Source of the DNA: an uncultured Clostridium sp.
Lineage (GTDB): Bacteria > Bacillota > Clostridia > TANB77 > CAG-508
Length of the DNA stretch: 64,000 bases
Assembly (NCBI GenBank): GCA_947575745.1
Contig: CANPOS010000001.1
Coordinates: forward strand, 1,105 to 65,104
Direction: 5' to 3'
This document shows positions 56,830-64,000 of this stretch, piece after piece. Made by a program: the position numbers and the translations under genes. Each line of letters starts with the position of its first letter. The stretch's first letter is position 1. The notes under the pieces were generated by a model. The model had not been told where the DNA came from. It searched no databases and saw only the letters and a list, made by a program, of their open reading frames with translations.

Positions 56830-57515
56830 TGTGGGCAATAATAAAAAAAGAAGTTAAAACATACTTTTTATCTCCAGTAGGATATGTATTTATAGGAGCA
56901 TTTTTACTAATGTCAAGTTTTTTCTTTTATATATATACATATAGTATGGGAAGTGTAGAATATTCAAGCCTATTTTATTACACAAGTGAATTATTAACAT
57001 TTACAATAGCACTTCTTACAATGGGAGCATTTGCAGCAGAAAGAAAAAATGGAACAGAAACTTTATTACTTACATCATCAAGGAGTATAACAGGAATTGT
57101 AATAGGAAAATTTTTAGCAGCATTAGTAGTAATAATCATAACAGAAATATTCTCATTAATGTACTATATAATACTTTGTATATTCGCAGGAGAAATTGTA
57201 GGAATAACAAAAACAATAACTACGTTACTAGGATTTATATTACTTACAATGTCATATATATCCTTTGGATTATTTATATCAAGCTTAACAGAAAATCAAA
57301 TAATAGCAGGAGTTGCAACAATAGTATTATTAATAGTAAGTTGGTTTTTACCAAATCTATCTGAAGGTTTGTATATATTATCACCAATAAGCTTATTCCA
57401 GAAATTCCCAGAAGGGATAATAGGTATAAAAGAAACTATAATATTACTAATGCAAACAGGAATGTTTACAATACTTACAATACTTGCATTACAGAGAAGA
57501 AAAAATCTAAAGTAA
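56829..57515 (+). CDS. ABC-2 permease (GldF-like)
   Basis: KEVKTYFLSPVGY, ERKNGTETLL, SSLTENQIIA; multiple TM segments. Confidence 0.88.
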   Translation: MWAIIKKEVKTYFLSPVGYVFIGAFLLMSSFFFYIYTYSMGSVEYSSLFYYTSELLTFTIALLTMGAFAAERKNGTETLLLTSSRSITGIVIGKFLAALVVIIITEIFSLMYYIILCIFAGEIVGITKTITTLLGFILLTMSYISFGLFISSLTENQIIAGVATIVLLIVSWFLPNLSEGLYILSPISLFQKFPEGIIGIKETIILLMQTGMFTILTILALQRRKNLK

Positions 57516-57533
57516 AAGAGGTGACGAGATTAA

Positions 57534-58997
57534 GTGGAAAAGATAAAGAAAATATTTGAAAGTATAAAATTAAAATGGCTAAGAGAAACAAGCTTAACAA
57601 TATTATTAATAGCAATAATTGTTGCTGTATTTATAGGAATTAATATAGGATTAAGCAAATTAAATATAACAGATATAGACTTAACAGAAGAAAAGCTATA
57701 CTCTTTAACAGATACATCAAAAGAACAAATAGCAAAAATACCAGAAAATGAAAAAATAGAAATTTACCTATTTGGATATATAGAAAACAGCAGTGTCGGA
57801 GATTTAATAAAACAATACATGAAAATAAATGAAAATATAACAATGGAAGCAACAACTGTTACGGATAGAAGGGATTTAGCATCTAAATATGAAATAGAAG
57901 AAAATAGCAATACAATATTAATATTATCAGGAGATAAACACAAAATAATTGGAGAATATGATTTATACACTTATGATTATAACACAGGAAAAACAATAGA
58001 CATGACAGAACAAAGAATTACAAATGGAATAGTATCTGTATCATCTATTGGAACAACAACTAAAATATATGCACTAACAGGACATGAAGAATACTCAATA
58101 AACACACATATGACAGGACTAAAAACATATTTAGAAGTTGAAAATTACGAAGTAAAAAACTTAGACTTATTAGTAGAAGAAAAAGTGCCAGAAGACTGTG
58201 AAGCAATAGTTATAGCATCGCCAAATAAGGACTTTATGGAATTAGAAGCTAATAAAATAAAAGACTATATAAATAAAGGCGGAAATATTCTTTGGCTTAA
58301 TGACTACTTAGAAACAGAAGTAGAAATGCCTAATATACAATCAATACTTGACTTATATGGAACAACAGCAAATCGAAATGGAATTATCTTAGAGCAAGAT
58401 CCATCAAAAATGATAACACAATCACCAGATATAATATTACCAAATATTTCAGCAACAGAATTAACAGCAGATTTAACATCAGAAGGAATAGTAATGTTAT
58501 TAGGAGCAGGAAACTTAAAATTTGCAGAGGATACAAAACTTGAAGAACTAGGAGTTACAAAAACAGAAATACTTAAAACATCAGAAAAAGCCTTTTATAG
58601 AAAAGACTTAAGCATATCTACAATGTCTGCAACAGACAACGACGAATTAGGAGAACAAACAGTAGGAGCAGTATTAGAAAAGAAAATAAATGATGAAACA
58701 ACATCAAAATTAGTAATATATGCAAATAATTCATTTGTAACAGATGCACCAATAATAGTACAAACAAGTCAAATATCAGCAATAAATTTCTATAATAATA
58801 AAGATATAGTACTAAACACGATTGCATACTTAGCAGAAATAGAAGATCAAATAACAATAAGAAAAAATATAGATGTAGTATATTACACAGCAACAGAAAC
58901 ACAAAACAATATTGTAATGACAATAATATTCGGAGTACCAATATTAATTGTAATCATAGGAATAGTAGTATGGCAATTAAGAAGAAGAAAAAAATAA
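57534..58997 (+). CDS. GldG-like ABC auxiliary component
   Basis: DLTEEKLYSL, TGHEE, IASPNKD, YINKGG; N- and C-terminal TM segments. Confidence 0.85.
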   Translation: MEKIKKIFESIKLKWLRETSLTILLIAIIVAVFIGINIGLSKLNITDIDLTEEKLYSLTDTSKEQIAKIPENEKIEIYLFGYIENSSVGDLIKQYMKINENITMEATTVTDRRDLASKYEIEENSNTILILSGDKHKIIGEYDLYTYDYNTGKTIDMTEQRITNGIVSVSSIGTTTKIYALTGHEEYSINTHMTGLKTYLEVENYEVKNLDLLVEEKVPEDCEAIVIASPNKDFMELEANKIKDYINKGGNILWLNDYLETEVEMPNIQSILDLYGTTANRNGIILEQDPSKMITQSPDIILPNISATELTADLTSEGIVMLLGAGNLKFAEDTKLEELGVTKTEILKTSEKAFYRKDLSISTMSATDNDELGEQTVGAVLEKKINDETTSKLVIYANNSFVTDAPIIVQTSQISAINFYNNKDIVLNTIAYLAEIEDQITIRKNIDVVYYTATETQNNIVMTIIFGVPILIVIIGIVVWQLRRRKK

Positions 58998-59038
58998 TAA
59001 GAAAATTGGACGTTAACGGAAGCAAAGCTTCCGACGTT

Positions 59039-59130
59039 CACATGTGCAAAATTGCTTCGCAATTATTGCACTTCCCAAGGTAAATTAACTTTGTTGAATA
59101 GCAAAAATCTGCGATTTTTCCTATTCAATA
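59039..59130 (+). repeat. Dispersed intergenic hairpin repeat, copy 3
   Basis: CACATGTGCAAAATTGCTTCGCAATTATTGCAC..AAGGTAAATTAAC..AAAAATCTGCGATTTTTCCTATTCAATAA. Confidence 0.8.
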
Positions 59131-59179
59131 AAAATAAAATTCCCCCTCATAGAATAAACTATTGAGGGGGAGCTTTTTT

Positions 59180-60193
59180 ATGGGAATACTAAACTGTATA
59201 TTTGTAATAATAGGAATAATAATAGGTGCGGGATTTGCATCAGGAAAAGAAATATATACTTTCTTCTATATATATGGAACAAAAGGTATAATAGGAATAA
59301 TAGTAAGTGCATTAATAATAGCATATACAATATATAAAACATTAAAAATAATAAAAAAATATAATATAAACACATATGGCGAACTATTAAAAAAAACAAT
59401 AAAACAGAAGAATAATAGAACGATAGATATAGAAGTCATATTAAATACAATAATAAATATATTTTTACTAATATCTTTTTTTGTCATGTGTGCAGGATTC
59501 TCAGCATACTTTAAGCAAGAATTTGGAATAAATGAAATATATACAAGTATAATAATTGCCATAATTTCATATATAATTCTAAACAAAAATATAAAAGGAA
59601 TATTTATTTTAAATTCCATATTAATACCAACAATAATTACTTTTTTAATGATACTTGGACTAAAAAGCTTTGGGACAATAGGAACAATGCAAAATATAGC
59701 AAATACACAAATGTGGTTTCCAAAAGCGATATTATATGCAAGCTATAACTGTATAACACTAATATCACTATTAATCCCAATGAAAAAATATATAAAGGAT
59801 AAAAAAGACATTTCAAAGATTGCAATAATAACAGGAATAATAATAATAACTTTGTCATTTATAATTATATTACTTTTATTAAATATACCTACGGAAATAG
59901 GAAATATAGATCTTCCAGCAGTATATGCAAGTGGATTATTTGGAACAATTTATAAATACTTGTATGGATTAATAATACTTGGGGCAATAATTACAACTGC
60001 AATATCAGATGCCTTTGGATTTCTAAATAATGTAGCAAAATACAAAAGGCAATATAAAAGAATAAATGCACTAATTTGTTTAATATCGATATTTGTATCA
60101 CTATTTGGATTTTCAAATTTGGTAAACAATATATATCCAATTTTTGGAGCATTAGGGATAATACAATTAATTTTAATTTTAAAATGCAAATAA
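59180..60193 (+). CDS. YkvI-like membrane protein
   Basis: IIGAGFASGKEI, YASYN, GFSNLVNNIYPIFG. Confidence 0.85.
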   Translation: MGILNCIFVIIGIIIGAGFASGKEIYTFFYIYGTKGIIGIIVSALIIAYTIYKTLKIIKKYNINTYGELLKKTIKQKNNRTIDIEVILNTIINIFLLISFFVMCAGFSAYFKQEFGINEIYTSIIIAIISYIILNKNIKGIFILNSILIPTIITFLMILGLKSFGTIGTMQNIANTQMWFPKAILYASYNCITLISLLIPMKKYIKDKKDISKIAIITGIIIITLSFIIILLLLNIPTEIGNIDLPAVYASGLFGTIYKYLYGLIILGAIITTAISDAFGFLNNVAKYKRQYKRINALICLISIFVSLFGFSNLVNNIYPIFGALGIIQLILILKCK

Positions 60194-60259
60194 ACTTGTA
60201 ATAATTAATTAAATATTATAAAATATTCATATAACTTCAAAAACAGAAAGGTTTATTAT

Positions 60260-61430
60260 ATGAAGATTTTAGAATTCAAAGGAAAAATGCAATTAAAAGA
60301 TAAAATAATAATGGTATCTGTAATAGTGTCAGTCATAGTTGTTATTAGTATAGGAATAGCATATGTGTTAAATGAAGGAGTAAGAGACTGGATAAATATA
60401 AATATATTAAGAAAAGAAGTTACAGAAGAAGATGTAGCAACAATAGAAATAGATTCAGACAAAGCACAAAGTTTTTATGCATATGATAAATATATTGTAA
60501 TATTATATAATGGAAAATTAGAAATATACAATAATTATGCTTCAAAAATAAATGAAATAGAAATAGGAATAAGTAATCCAATATTTAATTCAAATGGAAC
60601 AGATTTATTAATTGCAGAAAAAGGAGGACAAAAGATATGTTTAGTGTCAGAACGGAAAAATACAATGGGAAAATAAGGTAGAAGGAAAAATAAAAAAAAT
60701 AAATATCAATAAAAATAGAGATGTTGCTATAATAACAGAAGGAACAAGCTACAAAAGTGTAATAATTACATTTAATAAAAGCGGAAAGGAACTATTTAAA
60801 ACATATCTAGCATCAACTATTGCAGTTGGAGTAGATGTATCAATAGATGGAAAATACCTAGCAATTGCAGAAGTAAATATAGGAGGAGCACTAATAGAAT
60901 CTAGTATAAAGATAGTAGAAATAGAAAAAGCAAGCAAAGGAGACACGACCAATTCAATAGTATATAAATATAATGCGGATTCAAATAAGGCTATAATAGA
61001 TATAAAGTATCAAGAAAGAGGACAATTAGTTTGCATGTACGACGATGAAATACATATAATACATGAAGATAAAGACAGTAAATTAATAGAATTTGGCAAA
61101 AGTACACAAATAGTAGACATTAATTTAAAAAGTTATGTAATAAGGGCAGAAGAAACACAAACAGGATTATTTAGTTCAAAGACAGATATTATATTAACAA
61201 ATATAATAACAGAAACTGAGAATAAATATACAGTAGATAGTGCAGTAAAAAAGGTAGTAAGTAACAATCAAGTAGCAGCAATAAATGTAGGCACAGAAGT
61301 GCATTTTATAAATCTAAATGGTTGGCTAGAAAAGAAATACACTTCAAATCAAGAAATAAAAGAATTAGTATTAGGAACATCAGTAGCAGGGATTATATAC
61401 AGAGATAGAATCAAAGTAATTACATTTTAA
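60260..61430 (+). CDS. DUF5711-like membrane-anchored beta-propeller protein (~389 aa), +1 shift at CGGA
   Basis: ORFs 60260-60676 and 61035-61430 join stop-free through CGGA at 60653-60656 (VSE-G-KIQWENKVEG). Confidence 0.75.
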
Positions 61431-61455
61431 CAAAAACTAGATAGGAGGAAAATTA

Positions 61456-62075
61456 ATGATAGCAGATTTAATACTAATAGTAATAATAGCACTTTGTATA
61501 TTTTTAGGATATACAAGAGGGTTAATTAAAGTAGCCGTAAGGATAATTGGATTTTTTTCAGCATTAATTATTGCTTTGATACTCTATACACCAGTATCAA
61601 ACTATATAATAAATAATACAGATGTAGTAGCCAACATAGAGCAAACCATAGAAAAAAAGATATATGATAAAGAGGAAAACGAAGAAAAGCCAAAAGATTT
61701 AATGGGAACAATTGAAGATTACACAAATGGAATAAAAGAAGAAAGCTCAAAATACATTGCAAAAAATATAGCAGTTTCAATAGTTAGAGTTCGGAACATG
61801 GCTAGGCTTATTCTTAGTTGCAAGAGTACTAATGATATTTGTAAAGATATTTGCAAGCATAATAGAAAAAATACCAATAATAAAACAATTCAACAAAGCA
61901 CGGAGGAACGATATATGGTATATTAGAAGGATTTATTGTGGTATATGCGATACTTGCAGTAATTAGCTTAACAGCACCTATGATAGAAAACAATGAAGCA
62001 ATTAATAAAATAGAAAAATCATATATATGTAAAACAATGTATGAGAATAATCTATTATTAAAAATAATATTATAG
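61456..62075 (+). CDS. CvpA (colicin V production) family protein (~205 aa), two +1 shifts at CGGA
   Basis: GYTRGLI; CGGA at 61792 and 61901 give VRV-G-TWLGLF and IPIIKQFNKA-G-GTIYGILEG. Confidence 0.82.
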
Positions 62076-62103
62076 ACATTAAAAAAGTAGCAAAGCTACT
62101 TTT

Positions 62104-63277
62104 TTAATGTCTAGCTTTATGTTTAGCCCTTTTCTTACCGCCATATTTATAATGATTTTTCTTTTTCTTAGGTCTTTTAAATAAAATTCTTAAAGCAAGA
62201 ATGATTGCAATAAATGCGATAATTTTAGATAAGCCTCTTATAAATCCATTTTCATTGGTTTGAGAAGCTTCAGAAGCAGAAGTAGAAGCCAAAATATTTT
62301 CCTCTTGTAATTTTCTTTCCTTCTCTTTTTCTTTTTCTTCTTGCAAATTTTTATAATATGCTGTATAATTATCAAAAGCAAAATCAAATAAAGTTTTACA
62401 ATCTAAATATTTTGTCTTACGATTACCATTTATATTACCAGCACCAAGAACTACAATTATAAATTCAACATCATCTTTTTTAGCGCTTGCAATTAAACAA
62501 TCTTTAGCGGCATTAGTATAACCAGTTTTAACACCAGTCGCATAATCATAATGATAATCTTTATAACCAGGAGCAATAAGATAATTAGAAAGACTTAAAA
62601 CTCTATCCTCATTAGGATAAACAGACGTACTTGGTAGAGTATAAGAAGTAGTGTTTACAATTTTCCTAAAAGTTTTAATATTCATAGCATAACGAGCAAT
62701 CAAAGATAAATCATGAGCTGTTGTATACAAATTTTCATCATGAATACCACTAGGATTAGTAAAATTAGAGCCAGTACAACCAATTTCTTTAGCCTTTGAA
62801 TTCATAAGCTCAGCAAAGTCAGAAATAGAACCAGAAACATGCTCAGCTAAAACATTTGCTGCATCATTTGCAGAAGGAAGTAGCATAGCATATAGTAAGT
62901 CATTAACCCTAAGCTTTTCTCCGAGGTTGCAGATTAGCAGTAGTATAAGAGCTAGGAACGGATTTAACAGCAGTAGAACTAACTGTTGCAACTTCATTTA
63001 AACTACATTTTTCTAAAATAATAATAGCAGTTAAAGTCTTAGTAGTGCTTGCAGGGTACATCTTTTCATAAGCATTTCTTTCGTACAATATATCTCCAGT
63101 TTCTTTTTCAACCATTAAAATACACTCAGAATTTATAGTTAAATCATTAATGTTAGGCTTCTCAGCATCAGAAGAATTTACCATATTTGCATCTTCTAAA
63201 TTCTCATTTGCAAAGCAAGTATTTGTAAAAGATAAAATATTAATTATTAAAATTAAATAAACAAAAATCTTTTTCAT
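62104..63277 (-). CDS. D-alanyl-D-alanine carboxypeptidase (peptidase S11, ~390 aa), +1 shift at CGGA
   Basis: PASTTK (SxxK), SAN, KTG motifs; halves join at CGGA 62920-62923 (NLQP-G-EKLRV). Confidence 0.92.
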
Positions 63278-63347
63278 AATGCATTAAATATATCATAGAT
63301 TGTAAATAAATATCAATAATTTGCTTAAAAAATAAGGAGGAATTTAA

Positions 63348-64000
63348 ATGGAAATGTTAAATCAAAAGCAAAAAATAATCGCAATTTTAGTAATTGCAAT
63401 AGTTATAATAGTAATTGCATATTACTATATAAACAGTACAAAAGAAGTATATACAGGGCAATATGAAGAAAATATAATAGAAGAAGCTAAGGAAGAAGAA
63501 AATATAATAGGAAAAAAGGAAGCAATAAAAGTACATATAACAGGTGCTGTAAAATCAAATGGAATAGTACAAATAGACAAAAACTCAAGGATAAATGACG
63601 CGATAGAAGCGGCAGGAGGATTAACAGAAGATGCAGATTTAACAAATGTAAACTTAGCATATATGATAGAAGATGGACAAAAAATATATATACCAAGTAT
63701 AGACGATAAGGAAGAAGAAAGTAAAACGAGTATGGCAACATCAGGTAATCAAAATTTAAATGAACAAGAAAAACAAAAACAAGAAACAACCTTTATATTT
63801 TCAGGTCCAGGATATGGAATAACAGAAGAAGAAAAAGAAAGAACAACTAACAAAATAAATATAAACAAAGCAACACTTATGGAATTAATAACTTTACCAG
63901 GAATAGGAGAAGCAACAGCTGTAAAAATAATAGAATATAGAAAAACAAGTAGTAATTTCAAAACAATAGAAGAAATAAAAAATGTACCAGGAATAGGAGA
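63348..64000 (+). CDS. comEA: Competence DNA receptor ComEA, 3'-truncated by the window edge
   Basis: AGGAGG RBS, TM helix, VHITGAV..IEAAGG..NLA..DGQKIYIP, KININKA..LPGIGE helix-hairpin-helix. Confidence 0.9.
   Translation, partial: MEMLNQKQKIIAILVIAIVIIVIAYYYINSTKEVYTGQYEENIIEEAKEEENIIGKKEAIKVHITGAVKSNGIVQIDKNSRINDAIEAAGGLTEDADLTNVNLAYMIEDGQKIYIPSIDDKEEESKTSMATSGNQNLNEQEKQKQETTFIFSGPGYGITEEEKERTTNKININKATLMELITLPGIGEATAVKIIEYRKTSSNFKTIEEIKNVPGIG

Overview
Chromosomal origin region of a very AT-rich, probably spore-forming Clostridia-like bacterium. It carries gyrA, gyrB, recF, dnaN, oriC, dnaA, rpmH, rnpA, yidD, yidC, jag, mnmE, mnmG, parA and parB, then three tRNA-Ser genes, a ~10.8 kb non-coding A-rich tract, housekeeping/sporulation genes, an accessory island at tRNA-Arg(UCU), an ABC transporter and comEA. 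Main finding: all 12 reading-frame breaks I can find, in 10 genes on both strands and including the essential gyrB, sit at an in-frame CGG codon followed by A (11) or G (1). Each gene is restored if the 4-mer CGG(A/G) is read as one Gly, which rebuilds invariant motifs such as the ParA Walker A KGGVGKT, Mnm[13 protein letters not shown] and GyrB LPGKLADC. This points to systematic +1 recoding or quadruplet decoding at CGG; a sequencing artefact must still be excluded. Other findings: a fixed-spacing lattice of DnaA-box modules in the non-coding tract, a ~380-nt structured RNA candidate next to an orphan VirB4-like operon between gyrB and gyrA, tandem att-bounded cassettes at tRNA-Arg, and a deformylase-HAD fusion.
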